Below the pieces are notes generated by a model. That model did no database searches, was not told the DNA's origin, and was given only the letters and a program-made list of their open reading frames with translations. The position numbers and the translations under genes are program-made. Source: an uncultured Rikenellaceae bacterium (GTDB lineage Bacteria > Bacteroidota > Bacteroidia > Bacteroidales > VadinHA17). From it: 64,000 bases of DNA. Position 1 is the stretch's first letter. Each line of letters begins with the position of its first letter. Where the stretch lies: assembly GCA_964410385.1 (NCBI GenBank), contig CAYPHL010000006.1, positions 4,026 to 68,025 on the forward strand. The letters are read 5' to 3'. Shown here one piece after another: positions 43,288 to 53,949 of the stretch.

Positions 43288-46200
43288 ATGAAAAAGTCCA
43301 TTTTCCTTATCCCGTTTTTGCTTCAGATCATTCTCCCTTTATCTGCCCAGCCTCTTGCAAGCAGGCCGGAATACGATATCACAAGGGAGAAAGTGCTGTA
43401 TACAATAGGTTATGCACACCTTGATACCGAGTGGAACTGGGAATATCCCACCACCATCAATCAATACATAAAAAATACTATGGAGGATAATTTCAAACTT
43501 TTTGAAAAATATCCCGATTATGTGTTCAATTTTACCGGATCGAGACGGTATAAGATGATGAGGGAATATTTTCCCGATTCCTATAAAAAGGTAAGCGATT
43601 ATATCAGGCAGGGCAGATGGTATGTCTCGGGCTCTTCTGTTGATGAAGGAGAAGTGAATATTTCATCATCCGAATCAGTTTTACGGCAGGTATTGTACGG
43701 AAACCTTTATTTCCGGAGGGAATTCAATAAGGAAAGTGTTGATTATATGTTACCCGACTGCTTCGGATTTGTGGCTACAATGCCCCAGGTCTGGAATCAT
43801 GCGGGCCTTCTGGGTTTCTCTACACAGAAGCTCACATGGAGGTCTGCTAACGGTGTACCCTTCAATTTCGGTATATGGGAAGGTCCTGACGGAAGCGGAC
43901 TGCTTGCAGCCCTGAATGCCACGGATTATACCGGAAGGGTTGTTCCGCGTCTTGACAGGGATTCGACATGGAACGCCAGGATAACTGACAATATAAATAA
44001 GTATGGCCTTTCTTTCGATTACCGCTATTATGGTGTCGGCGATATCGGTGGGTCACCAAGGGAGGAGGATGTAAAAAATGCAGTCGGCAGTCTGAAAAAC
44101 AAAGACAGTAAGTTTAAGGTGATCCTTACATCTTCGGATCAGATATACCGGGATATTACCCCTGAAATAAGAAAGAAGCTTCCCACATATTCAGGAGATC
44201 TTCTTCTCATTGAACACAGCGCCGGATCGATGACGTCCCAGTCTTTCATGAAAAGGGCCAACAGGAAGAATGAACTTCTTGCAAGATCGGCTGAACAGGC
44301 ATCTGTTATGGCCGACTGGATGGGCGGTTCTGCTTATCCCTTCACAAAACTCAATAATGCATGGGAACTGGTTCTCGGCGGACAGTTCCACGATATCCTT
44401 CCCGGAACAAGCACAGTAAAAGCATATGAATATGCATGGAATGATGAATTCATTGCAATGAACAACTTTTCGGAAATACTTAAACATGCGGTCAGCAATA
44501 TTTCCCATTCACTGAATACTCAGACAAAAGGAAGACCGGTTGTTGTTTACAATCCCGTGGCAATGGAAAGAGAGGATGTCGTAACTGTGGAAATGGATTT
44601 TCTTAAACCGCCTGCCGGCATAAGTGTTACAGACAAGGACGGAAAAACTCTTGCTTCACAGATAGTCTCATCAAAAGGGAACAAGGTTACAATAATTTTC
44701 CTTGCTCAATTGCCATCTGCCGGGTTTGAAGTGTTCGACATTCAGGAAACAGCCGGGGGTCAGGAGCCTTCCGGACTGACAGTTTCTGACGGGACACTTG
44801 AGAACGGGTATTTTAAAGTGAAGATCGACGCCAATGGCGATATTGCCTCAATATTTGATAAAAAAGCATCAAGGGAGGTACTTTCAGAACCTGCCACACT
44901 TGATTTCCAGGCTGAGGCACCGACTCAGTGGCCTGCATGGAATATGGACTGGAAAGACAGGAAAAATCCCCCCTTCGATTTCATGAATAAGGATGTTAAA
45001 ATGAAAATTGTTGAAAAAGGACCGGTACGTGTGGCCATCGAAGTGAGAAAGAAAGGACAGAATTCTGAAATAGTCCAGATTATCAGTTTGTCTGCAGGTG
45101 AAGCCGGAAAGATTATCGATGTAAGGAACAAGATCGACTGGCAGTCAAAAGGGGTGAGCCTTAAGGCCGCCTTCCCCACAACTGTGACAAACGAAATGGC
45201 TACTTACAGCCTTAATACAGCTGCTGTACAGCGGACTACGAACAATGAAGTGAAGTTTGAAGTTCCCGGCAGACAATGGATAGATATTACCGATCGTCCG
45301 AACAACTACGGTGTTTCTATCCTTGAGGATTGTAAATACGGCTCAGATAAACCCGATAACAATACACTCCGGCTTACACTTATGTATACTCCGAAACCGA
45401 CTTCATATGTCTACCAGGGAACCCAGGACTGGGGTATTCATGATGTAAGGTACGCTGTTTACCCTCATGTTGGCGACTGGGCATATGCCGGAACACCATG
45501 GATGGGCCATTTCCTTAATAATCCTCCGATTGCTTTTGAAACAACAAGACATGACGGACCTTTTGGCAGGAATATATCGATGGTTACCTTGAATACAGGT
45601 CAGGTCGATGTAATGGCAGTCAAGAAAGCTGAGGAGAGTGATCACATAATAATAAGGTTCAATGAACTTTATGGCAAAAAAGCCGATAATGTTGTGGTTA
45701 CCTTGCCCGGAAAGATCATCGAAGCCTGGGAGGTTAACGGCCAGGAAAAAAAGATAGGAGATGCGCTCATAAAAGACGGATCGCTTAATTTCGGTATGGG
45801 CAGGTTTGCTATAAAAAGCTTTGCCGTCAGACTGGAAGGTGCTCCGCAGAAACTTTCCAAACCTGTACAACAGGCTGTTGAACTGAAATTTACCGGTGAT
45901 GCATTCAGCTTTGATACAAACCGGGCCGATGGCAATCTCACAGATAACCTTACACTTCCTGCCGAGCTTATACCTTCTGAAGTTATCAGTGAAGACATAA
46001 TTTTTAAGACCGGCGGTACGGCAGATAAGCAGATGAACATGCTGATCGCCCGTGGACAAAGGATCTCGCTCCCTGAAGGCAAATTCAACAAACTGTTTAT
46101 TCTGGCTGCAGCAACAAGCGATACAAAGGGAGCCTTCAGGGTTGGAAACAATACCGCAACAATTCCGGTACAGGAATGGACAGGATATGTAGGACAGCAT

Positions 46201-47271
46201 TATGCAAGAGAACTTTACTTTAATAATATGAAGGTTGCATCAATGACTGATGCCTTCACAAAACGGGATAATATTGCTTGGTTCGCTTCACACCGTCATA
46301 CTCCGGATGCTAATGATACATACAGGTACAGTTATCTTTATAAATATGCAATCGACATTCCTGCAGGAGCAGGTTCTGTAAGATTACCGGATAATCCCGC
46401 AATCCGGATCTTTGCAATGACTGTTGCTGATACCCGTAATGATGATATCCAACCGCTGCAGCCTCTTTATGACGATTTCAGGGATAATCCTCCGGTCAGG
46501 CTCAGAGTCAGCGAGATCATTACTCCTGATCTGAAACCTTTATCTTCGGTACAGAAACCGTTATTTACCGAAAGCATTGACGAAAGGATGCTGCCCCGGC
46601 TGAAACAGTATCTTAAAAATGCGGGAATGGATACGGTCATTACAGTAACACTGCCCTCCCGGTCCGACTTTGCTGATGCAGCATCAGGTAACGGCGTTAC
46701 CGCAACCTATTATCCTTCAGGGAAATCCCTGGGCGGTGAAGAATACCGGGGACTGAAAACAGATGTCCGGGGACTGCTTAATACGGATCAGGATATGACA
46801 TCGGATGTGTTGTTTTTCGATAACGGCGAAGGGCGGATACTTATCGACCTGCAAAAGCCTGTTTCAGTCGAAAAGATCAATATCTATCTCTATAATGCCA
46901 GAGGAAGAGGGCCTCAGGGTGGACCCGGCGGACCGGGCTCAGGCGCTCCGGGAGTCCCGGGAGGACCGGGTGCCGGTGTGCCAGGACCGCAGGCAACAGT
47001 CCCGGCTGAGCCACCGAGGAACAGGGGTCAGCAGATATTCTCAGTGTGGGCTTCAGCATCCGGCTCAGATATAACAGGCGATCCTAAAACAAAAGGCTGG
47101 CAGTATCTGGGAGCTTACGGTTCGGCAGGTAGCGGGAGAGGTTTCGGTGGCACCGGAACTTCCTGGATATTTGATAATAATCTTAAATGCAGATATATCA
47201 TGTTTATCACAGATGGCGGATGGCACAGCTCAGATTATTTCCGGCATCTGGATATATTCGAAAAAAAGTAG
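43288..47271 (+). CDS. GH38 family alpha-mannosidase with a long C-terminal extension
   Basis: Signal peptide MKKSIFLIPFLLQIILPLSAQ (internal start at 43288 preferred). GH38 N-domain motifs GYAHLDTEWNW, RQGRWYVSGSSVDEGEVNISSSESVLRQ and FHDILPGT. About 350 extra C-terminal residues, including a Gly/Pro-rich insert. Confidence 0.8.
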   Translation: MKKSIFLIPFLLQIILPLSAQPLASRPEYDITREKVLYTIGYAHLDTEWNWEYPTTINQYIKNTMEDNFKLFEKYPDYVFNFTGSRRYKMMREYFPDSYKKVSDYIRQGRWYVSGSSVDEGEVNISSSESVLRQVLYGNLYFRREFNKESVDYMLPDCFGFVATMPQVWNHAGLLGFSTQKLTWRSANGVPFNFGIWEGPDGSGLLAALNATDYTGRVVPRLDRDSTWNARITDNINKYGLSFDYRYYGVGDIGGSPREEDVKNAVGSLKNKDSKFKVILTSSDQIYRDITPEIRKKLPTYSGDLLLIEHSAGSMTSQSFMKRANRKNELLARSAEQASVMADWMGGSAYPFTKLNNAWELVLGGQFHDILPGTSTVKAYEYAWNDEFIAMNNFSEILKHAVSNISHSLNTQTKGRPVVVYNPVAMEREDVVTVEMDFLKPPAGISVTDKDGKTLASQIVSSKGNKVTIIFLAQLPSAGFEVFDIQETAGGQEPSGLTVSDGTLENGYFKVKIDANGDIASIFDKKASREVLSEPATLDFQAEAPTQWPAWNMDWKDRKNPPFDFMNKDVKMKIVEKGPVRVAIEVRKKGQNSEIVQIISLSAGEAGKIIDVRNKIDWQSKGVSLKAAFPTTVTNEMATYSLNTAAVQRTTNNEVKFEVPGRQWIDITDRPNNYGVSILEDCKYGSDKPDNNTLRLTLMYTPKPTSYVYQGTQDWGIHDVRYAVYPHVGDWAYAGTPWMGHFLNNPPIAFETTRHDGPFGRNISMVTLNTGQVDVMAVKKAEESDHIIIRFNELYGKKADNVVVTLPGKIIEAWEVNGQEKKIGDALIKDGSLNFGMGRFAIKSFAVRLEGAPQKLSKPVQQAVELKFTGDAFSFDTNRADGNLTDNLTLPAELIPSEVISEDIIFKTGGTADKQMNMLIARGQRISLPEGKFNKLFILAAATSDTKGAFRVGNNTATIPVQEWTGYVGQHYARELYFNNMKVASMTDAFTKRDNIAWFASHRHTPDANDTYRYSYLYKYAIDIPAGAGSVRLPDNPAIRIFAMTVADTRNDDIQPLQPLYDDFRDNPPVRLRVSEIITPDLKPLSSVQKPLFTESIDERMLPRLKQYLKNAGMDTVITVTLPSRSDFADAASGNGVTATYYPSGKSLGGEEYRGLKTDVRGLLNTDQDMTSDVLFFDNGEGRILIDLQKPVSVEKINIYLYNARGRGPQGGPGGPGSGAPGVPGGPGAGVPGPQATVPAEPPRNRGQQIFSVWASASGSDITGDPKTKGWQYLGAYGSAGSGRGFGGTGTSWIFDNNLKCRYIMFITDGGWHSSDYFRHLDIFEKK

Positions 47272-47390
47272 GGCACTTAAAAAATCCATGACGCAACCTT
47301 TCCTGAGTTTTTAGCATCATTTTCATGAAAAGATTAGCGAAAGGACAATATTTTTAATATTTTTATACTCTGTACTAAGGTTATAAGACC

Positions 47391-47951
47391 TTGCCTGAGA
47401 TTAGAAATATCATTAATGGTTGTCTTAAAGGTAACAGGAGGGACCAGGAACTCCTGTACAGGCGTCATGCACCCAGGTTATATGCTGTATGCCTGCAGTA
47501 TTCCGGCAATGATGAAGAAGCCAGGGATATATTACAGGAGGGATTCATTAAGATCTTTGAAAATCTGATCCATTATAAATATGAAGGATCCTTTGAAGGC
47601 TGGATGAGAAGGATAATTGTGAATACAGCTCTCGAGAAATACCGTAGCAGGCACAGCTTATACAGGGTGGATGATATCGAACAGATCCCGGAACCTGATG
47701 CGGACCCGGATAATGAAGATTATTCAGGCCTCGATGCCGTAGATCTTTTGGGAATAATACGTGAGCTGCCTCCAAAGTACAGAATGGTCTTTAACCTTTT
47801 TGCCATTGAAGGATACTCACATAAAGAGATAGGTCAGATGATAAATATCTCGGAAGGAACTTCCAAATCGAACCTCGCACGTGCAAGGATAATTTTGCAG
47901 AGGAGGGTCGGTTCATATACGGGAATTAAGAGAAAGGTGCTGAATGGATGA
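47391..47951 (+). CDS. ECF-type RNA polymerase sigma factor
   Basis: 186 aa. Region 2 (FEGWMRRIIVNTALEKYR) and region 4 (EIGQMINISEGTSKSNLARAR). TTG start per the track. Confidence 0.85.
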   Translation: MPEIRNIINGCLKGNRRDQELLYRRHAPRLYAVCLQYSGNDEEARDILQEGFIKIFENLIHYKYEGSFEGWMRRIIVNTALEKYRSRHSLYRVDDIEQIPEPDADPDNEDYSGLDAVDLLGIIRELPPKYRMVFNLFAIEGYSHKEIGQMINISEGTSKSNLARARIILQRRVGSYTGIKRKVLNG

Positions 47952-49284
47952 CAAAAAAGCAAATATTGATCTTGTTTTCAGAAACGGGCTGAAAGATTTT
48001 GAGGTACTTCCCCCGCCTGAGGTCTGGAACAACATCAGACCGGTCGTCAGGAAAAAACAGCGTCCCCTGATCATTCTCAGAACGGCAGCCGCTGTTGCTG
48101 TACTTTTGTCTCTGACCTTCCTTGCTTACAGGATGAGCAGGCAGATTACAGGAAATACCGGCAATGATCTGGTTACACTTAATGAAAACAGCGAACCGGG
48201 AATAACTGCAACTCCTCCGGAACGGATAACCCCACTGCAGAATATTCTCACTCCTTCCGATGCTTCAGGATCAACAGAGGAAACCATTATTAATACCTAC
48301 TTTCCTGATTTATCAGAGCAGGTAACAGCTCCGGCACTCAGTGATACCGGTACGGAATTAAATACCGTCAGCCTGACAGTTCCGGGAAGTGTATCGATCT
48401 CTGAACGAAATGCTTCATCAATCGGTCTGCTTCAATTATTTGAAAAACCCGGAAAGGAAGTAACAGATGCAATTACCACTCCCCTTTTCTCACCGGAGAT
48501 CGTTCCTGAGAAAAAAACTGAGAGATGGACTGTTGCCGCACTCGTATCACCGACTTACTATACAAATTTCTACTCGGGCTCAGATGAAACTTCTTCACAG
48601 CTTCACTCTGATGAACAACCATTATTCTCTTATTCCGGCGGCGTAGCCTTTTCCTATAAGATCAACAAACGGGTAAGCGTCCAGTCCGGCCTCTATTATT
48701 CATCCTTCGGACAGGAACTTTCCGGAATTACTTCTTTCGGAGGCTTTCAGCAATATGATTATACAAAAAGCGATCGCAATTTTGAGGTCCTTACAAGCAG
48801 CGGCCTCGTTTATACAAATAATGCGGATGTATTCCTTATCGACAGCCGGTCGGATAACCGGCTGACAACAAGATATACAAAGGATTTCTTCGATCCGACC
48901 AAGGCAAACCTTCAGTTTATAGATAATTCACTCAGACAAAACTTCAGCTACCTCGAACTGCCTGTGATAGTCAGGTATAAACTGATCGACAGAACCCTCG
49001 ATTTTAACCTTGTGGGCGGATTATCTTCAAACCTCCTTGTTAATAATTCTGTCTATGCCGATATCGACGGCGGAAAATATCAGGTCGGGAAAACAGAAGG
49101 ACTTAATATGCTTACCTTCAGCAGCTCACTCGGTATGGGAATGGAGTATAACATTTCAGGAAACCTTTCTCTTAACCTTGAACCTACTTTCAGATATTAC
49201 CTCAACCCTGTAAGTCAGAGCCAGGGATTGAGATTCCATCCGTATTCCTTCGGTATCTTCTCCGGAATTTCATACCGGTTCTGA
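47944..49284 (+). CDS. Putative anti-sigma-like membrane protein with a C-terminal outer-membrane-type beta-barrel domain
   Basis: 446 aa. 8-nt overlap with the sigma gene stop. A short cytoplasmic N-terminus, one TM helix (LIILRTAAAVAVLLSLTFLAY), a Ser/Thr/Pro-rich linker, then an alternating beta-strand region ending ...SGISYRF. The function is inferred from position only. Confidence 0.5.
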   Translation: MDDKKANIDLVFRNGLKDFEVLPPPEVWNNIRPVVRKKQRPLIILRTAAAVAVLLSLTFLAYRMSRQITGNTGNDLVTLNENSEPGITATPPERITPLQNILTPSDASGSTEETIINTYFPDLSEQVTAPALSDTGTELNTVSLTVPGSVSISERNASSIGLLQLFEKPGKEVTDAITTPLFSPEIVPEKKTERWTVAALVSPTYYTNFYSGSDETSSQLHSDEQPLFSYSGGVAFSYKINKRVSVQSGLYYSSFGQELSGITSFGGFQQYDYTKSDRNFEVLTSSGLVYTNNADVFLIDSRSDNRLTTRYTKDFFDPTKANLQFIDNSLRQNFSYLELPVIVRYKLIDRTLDFNLVGGLSSNLLVNNSVYADIDGGKYQVGKTEGLNMLTFSSSLGMGMEYNISGNLSLNLEPTFRYYLNPVSQSQGLRFHPYSFGIFSGISYRF

Positions 49285-49355
49285 TAAAAGATCCCTGTGT
49301 TCATAATTTGATATCTCCGGCAATTCACTTATATGCTTATAAGGCGAAAAAAACG

Positions 49356-49363
49356 TACCTTTG
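49356..49363 (+). promoter_or_regulatory. Candidate -7 box (TAnnTTTG) for the lytic transglycosylase gene
   Basis: TACCTTTG, 27 nt upstream of the ATG at 49391. Confidence 0.45.
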
Positions 49364-49390
49364 CATTTTGTTTTTTAATAACTGGAGATT

Positions 49391-50350
49391 ATGAAAGTTC
49401 CCGGAAAGATAACTGTGATCACAGCAACAATACTGGTCACGGCTCTGATTCTCATTTTCTCGGTATTGCACGGATTTAATGTTTTCAGCAACCCACCGCA
49501 GACAGAAGAAAGATCAGATTCATTGTTCTTCAATAAACCATATAAACTTCCTGATGAAGTTACATTTGCAGGGGAGAAGATGCCTCTTGAGAATTTTGAT
49601 ACCAAGGAAAGCCTTGATCGTGAAATACTTGTAAGCGCATACCGCCATTCCTCGACAATACTTATAATCAAAAGGGCAAACCGATATCTTCCCATAATCG
49701 AAAAGATACTTCAGAAGAATGGTATACCCGACGATTTCAAATATCTTGTTGCGGCAGAAAGTGAATACAGTAATATGGTCTCACCTGTCGGGGCGACCGG
49801 TTTCTGGCAGATAATGCAGGCCACCGGAAGAGAATACGGTCTGGAGATCAATTCCGTCGTGGACGAAAGGTATCATATAGAAAAATCGACGCAGTTTGCA
49901 TGTGATTATTTCAGGAAATCGTACGAGAAATACGGAAACTGGACTCTGGCGGCAGCATCATACAATGGAGGAAGGGCTGCACTGGACGAACAGATCAGGA
50001 TACAGCGCCAGAACAATTATTATGACCTTCTGCTTACCGAGGAAACTGCCAGGTATATATTCAGGGCAGTAGCCTATAAGCTTGTAATTACTGATCCCGC
50101 GAGATATGGTTTCGATATATCAAAGGAGGAACTTTATCCCGGGCTTAAATATTATGAGGTTAAGGTTGATACTGCCGTAGCTGATTTTTCAGCATTTGCC
50201 GAAAAGTATGGAACGAATTATAAATTGCTTAAATTCCTCAATCCCTGGCTCAGGAAGCCATATCTGACTCCCGGATCGGGGAGGGAATACTTCATTAAGA
50301 TACCTGCTGAAGGGATGCGAAATCCTGAAAGCAATGAATCAGTCAACTGA
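49391..50350 (+). CDS. Lytic transglycosylase (SLT domain) protein
   Basis: 319 aa. N-terminal membrane anchor. Catalytic-Glu motif [21 protein letters not shown] and AASYNGG. Confidence 0.8.
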   Translation: MKVPGKITVITATILVTALILIFSVLHGFNVFSNPPQTEERSDSLFFNKPYKLPDEVTFAGEKMPLENFDTKESLDREILVSAYRHSSTILIIKRANRYLPIIEKILQKNGIPDDFKYLVAAESEYSNMVSPVGATGFWQIMQATGREYGLEINSVVDERYHIEKSTQFACDYFRKSYEKYGNWTLAAASYNGGRAALDEQIRIQRQNNYYDLLLTEETARYIFRAVAYKLVITDPARYGFDISKEELYPGLKYYEVKVDTAVADFSAFAEKYGTNYKLLKFLNPWLRKPYLTPGSGREYFIKIPAEGMRNPESNESVN

Positions 50351-50373
50351 TCTGTCCCTGTCTGCTGATTAAG

Positions 50374-53193
50374 ATGAGTGAAGAAATAAAAGTACTTGGA
50401 GCCAGGGTCCATAATCTGAAGGATATAGATGTTACAATTCCGCGTAACAGGCTTGTTGTTATTACCGGTCTCAGCGGAAGCGGTAAATCTTCACTCGCAT
50501 TTGATACAATATATGCCGAAGGTCAGAGAAGGTATATGGAAACCCTGTCGGCCTATGCAAGGCAATTCCTGGGAGGAATGGAAAGACCCGATGTCGATAA
50601 GATAACAGGTCTGAGCCCTGTGATCTCAATCGAGCAGAAGAGTACAAACAAGAATCCCAGGTCAACCGTAGGTACCATAACTGAAATATATGATTTTCTC
50701 CGATTGCTTTTCGCCAGAGCTGCTGATGCTTATTCATGGGCTTCTGGTGAAAAGATGGTCAGATATACGGATGATCAGATTATTGACCTCGTTAAAGAGA
50801 GATATGACGGGCATAAAATTTACCTCCTTTCGCCTCTCGTAAAAGGAAGGAAAGGTCATTACAGGGAACTTTTTGAGCAGCTGAGAAGAAAAGGTTATCT
50901 CAGCGTCAGGGTAAATAATGAGATCAGGGAGATCGGTCCGGGTATGAAGCTTGACCGGTACAAGATCCACTACATTGAGCTTGTTATTGATAAATTCACT
51001 GTAGGAGATATCGCCGTTAAAAGGCTGAGAGATTCTGTCCGGGTGGCTCTCGACCAGGGAGACAATATCATGATGGTCCTTGACAGTGAGAGCAATGAAT
51101 CCCGCTACTTCAGCCGCCAGCTCATGTGTCCTGTTACAGGAATATCATATAATGAGCCGGCTCCGCATACTTTCTCTTTCAATTCACCCCAGGGAGCCTG
51201 TCCGCATTGCAATGGTCTCGGTGAGGTCTCAAGTATAGATGAGAAAAAACTGATCCCCGACAGGGAGCTGAGTATTAGAAAAGGAGGGATAGAACCGCTG
51301 GGCAAATACCGGAATGTATGGATCTTCTGGCAGATCGAAGCAATCGCCGAGAAGAACGGATTTACACTTGATACTCCGATAAAGGATATTCCCGAAGAAG
51401 CCCTGAATAAGATTCTGTACGGGTCCGATGAAGTGCTGAGGTTATCAAATACACCTCTGGGGATGACTTCAAACTATCTTCTTACATTCGAAGGGGTTGT
51501 AAATTTCATCGGAAACCTCGAATCAGCGGATGCCAGGAAGAACGGCTCAAAGATGAAGGACCAGTATGTTCAGTATGACATTTGTCCGGAATGTAATGGT
51601 ATGCGGTTAAAGAAAGAAGCACTGTTCTTCAGGCTGGCAGATAAGAATATAGGGGAGATCTCCGCAATGGATATAAGGGAGCTTGCGGAATTCCTGAATC
51701 ACATGGAGGATAGAATGTCGCAGCGGCAGCGCCGGATAGCTGCCGAGATACTGAAGGAAATCCGGTCGAGGGTTGGCTTCCTTATGGATGTGGGCCTGGA
51801 TTACCTCTCACTCAACCGTGGAGCCAGGACACTTTCGGGAGGCGAAAGCCAGAGGATAAGACTTGCTACACAGGTTGGCTCAAAGCTCGTAAACGTACTT
51901 TATATTCTCGATGAACCCAGTATAGGTCTTCATCAGCGTGATAACAGGCGCCTGATAAGCTCACTCAGACAGCTGAGGGATGCCGGGAATTCAGTTATTG
52001 TTGTCGAGCACGACAAGGAAACGATCCTTTCGGCCGACCATATAATCGATATGGGGCCCGGGGCGGGTGTTCACGGCGGCCTTGTTGTGGCTGAAGGTAA
52101 TCCTGAAGAGATCAAAAAATTCAATTCACTCACATCAAGGTACCTGAGCAATAAGGAGAAGCTGAATATTCCCAAATCGCGGAGGGCAGGAAACGGTAAA
52201 TTCCTGGTACTGAGGGGAGCAAGCGGACATAATCTCAATAATGTGGATCTTACAATTCCGCTCGGAACTCTTATTTGTGTAACCGGCGTTTCGGGGAGCG
52301 GGAAGTCATCTCTTATAAACCAGACTCTTCATCCGGCGCTGGCAAGACGCTTTCATCATTCAGGCAAGCCAGCCCTGCCTTACAGGGAAATTGAGGGACT
52401 TGCTTATCTGGATAAGGTGATTGAAGTCGACCAGTCGCCTATCGGACGAACACCAAGATCCAATCCTGTTACTTACACAGGAGTATTTACAGATATCAGG
52501 AAGTTATTTGAACAGACAACTGAAGCTAAGATCCGGGGATATACAGCAGGAAGATTTTCATTCAATGTCAGCGGTGGAAGATGCGAAGGCTGTGAGGGAG
52601 CAGGGGTAAAGACAATTGAGATGAACTTCCTTCCCGATGTTTATGTACATTGTACCGACTGCAACGGGAAACGTTACAACCGGGAAACCCTGGAGGTTAA
52701 ATATAAAGGTAAGTCAATCGGCGATGTACTTGATATGACTGTTAACATGGCTGTTGACTTCTTTACTAATATTCCTTCAATACATCATAAGATCAAAACC
52801 CTTCAGGACGTCGGTCTGGGTTATATAAGACTCGGTCAGCAGTCAACAACTCTCTCGGGCGGAGAAGCCCAGAGAGTGAAGCTGTCCACCGAGCTTTCAA
52901 GAAAGGATACGGGGAAAACACTCTATATCCTCGATGAACCGACTACCGGCCTTCATTTTGAAGATGTCAGGGTACTTCTCGATGTTCTCAACAAACTTGT
53001 CGACCGGGGAAACACAGTAATTATAATCGAGCATAATCTTGATGTGATAAAAATGGCCGATTATATTATCGACCTTGGCCGCGAAGGAGGCAGGGAAGGA
53101 GGGGACATTGTTTTTTCCGGAACTCCGGAAGAGCTTATACGGTGCGCCGACAGTTATACAGGTATATACCTTAAACCTGAACTTATACCATAA
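50374..53193 (+). CDS. uvrA: Excinuclease ABC subunit A
   Basis: 939 aa. Two ABC modules ([20 protein letters not shown]; [16 protein letters not shown]) and Cys-rich zinc modules. Confidence 0.98.
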   Translation: MSEEIKVLGARVHNLKDIDVTIPRNRLVVITGLSGSGKSSLAFDTIYAEGQRRYMETLSAYARQFLGGMERPDVDKITGLSPVISIEQKSTNKNPRSTVGTITEIYDFLRLLFARAADAYSWASGEKMVRYTDDQIIDLVKERYDGHKIYLLSPLVKGRKGHYRELFEQLRRKGYLSVRVNNEIREIGPGMKLDRYKIHYIELVIDKFTVGDIAVKRLRDSVRVALDQGDNIMMVLDSESNESRYFSRQLMCPVTGISYNEPAPHTFSFNSPQGACPHCNGLGEVSSIDEKKLIPDRELSIRKGGIEPLGKYRNVWIFWQIEAIAEKNGFTLDTPIKDIPEEALNKILYGSDEVLRLSNTPLGMTSNYLLTFEGVVNFIGNLESADARKNGSKMKDQYVQYDICPECNGMRLKKEALFFRLADKNIGEISAMDIRELAEFLNHMEDRMSQRQRRIAAEILKEIRSRVGFLMDVGLDYLSLNRGARTLSGGESQRIRLATQVGSKLVNVLYILDEPSIGLHQRDNRRLISSLRQLRDAGNSVIVVEHDKETILSADHIIDMGPGAGVHGGLVVAEGNPEEIKKFNSLTSRYLSNKEKLNIPKSRRAGNGKFLVLRGASGHNLNNVDLTIPLGTLICVTGVSGSGKSSLINQTLHPALARRFHHSGKPALPYREIEGLAYLDKVIEVDQSPIGRTPRSNPVTYTGVFTDIRKLFEQTTEAKIRGYTAGRFSFNVSGGRCEGCEGAGVKTIEMNFLPDVYVHCTDCNGKRYNRETLEVKYKGKSIGDVLDMTVNMAVDFFTNIPSIHHKIKTLQDVGLGYIRLGQQSTTLSGGEAQRVKLSTELSRKDTGKTLYILDEPTTGLHFEDVRVLLDVLNKLVDRGNTVIIIEHNLDVIKMADYIIDLGREGGREGGDIVFSGTPEELIRCADSYTGIYLKPELIP

Positions 53194-53229
53194 TAAATAA
53201 TTATATTTGAATCCCTTAAAGATTTACAA

Positions 53230-53949
53230 ATGGGCAAGAATGACAAACCGGCAGATCTGATCAAGGATGCTTTTACTGAAAAGACATGGCATGAAATACA
53301 TACAACCGATTCCTGGAGGGTTTTTAAAATAATCTCCGAACTCGTTGAAGGATTTGAAAAGCTTGCACGTATAGGCCCCTGCGTTTCAATTTTCGGATCG
53401 GCACGTACTCATTACAACGATAAATATTACAGGCTGGCGGAAGAAATAGCATTTAAGCTTACAGAGAATGGATACGGGGTTATCACAGGAGGCGGACCGG
53501 GCATTATGGAAGCTGCAAATAAAGGAGCAAAGAGGGGGAATGGCAAATCAGTCGGAATAAATATCGATCTACCGTTCGAACAGAAACCCAATCCATATAT
53601 CGATGCCGATAAACTGATCACATTCGACCATTTCTTTGTCAGAAAGGTTATGTTCATGAAGTATGCCCAGGGTTTTATTGTTTTACCCGGAGGCTTCGGA
53701 ACATTCGACGAGCTCTTCGAGGCAATAACACTAATCCAGACAAGGAAAATCGGAAAGTTCCCCATCATCCTTGTCGGTGCTAATTTCTGGACGGGTCTTG
53801 TGGAATGGATTAAGGAAGTAATGCTTGAGGAGGAAAAGAATATTTCCCCCGTGGATCTTGATCTTTTCACAATTGTTGATACAGCTGACGAGGCTGTTGA
53901 TAGTATCAAGGAATTCTACTCGCGTTATCTTCTCAGCCCGAATTTCTGA
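53230..53949 (+). CDS. LOG/TIGR00730 family Rossmann-fold nucleotide-binding protein (cytokinin riboside 5'-monophosphate phosphoribohydrolase-like)
   Basis: 239 aa. GGGPGIMEA and PGGFGTFDELFE signature motifs. Confidence 0.88.
   Translation: MGKNDKPADLIKDAFTEKTWHEIHTTDSWRVFKIISELVEGFEKLARIGPCVSIFGSARTHYNDKYYRLAEEIAFKLTENGYGVITGGGPGIMEAANKGAKRGNGKSVGINIDLPFEQKPNPYIDADKLITFDHFFVRKVMFMKYAQGFIVLPGGFGTFDELFEAITLIQTRKIGKFPIILVGANFWTGLVEWIKEVMLEEEKNISPVDLDLFTIVDTADEAVDSIKEFYSRYLLSPNF

Noticed and set aside
42609-43301. 230-aa minus-strand ORF covering the 3' half of lpdA
   Set aside because: It is entirely antisense to a high-confidence, motif-complete dihydrolipoyl dehydrogenase. The product is Cys/Phe/Ser-rich with no motif, no -7 box and no independent intergenic space. 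It is a typical shadow ORF.
45403-46200. 265-aa and 160-aa minus-strand ORFs (45403..46200 and 45669..46151) inside the GH38 gene
   Set aside because: Both are antisense to a continuous 1300-aa GH38 reading frame. They overlap each other in different frames, have low-complexity composition and show no start context. They are shadow ORFs.
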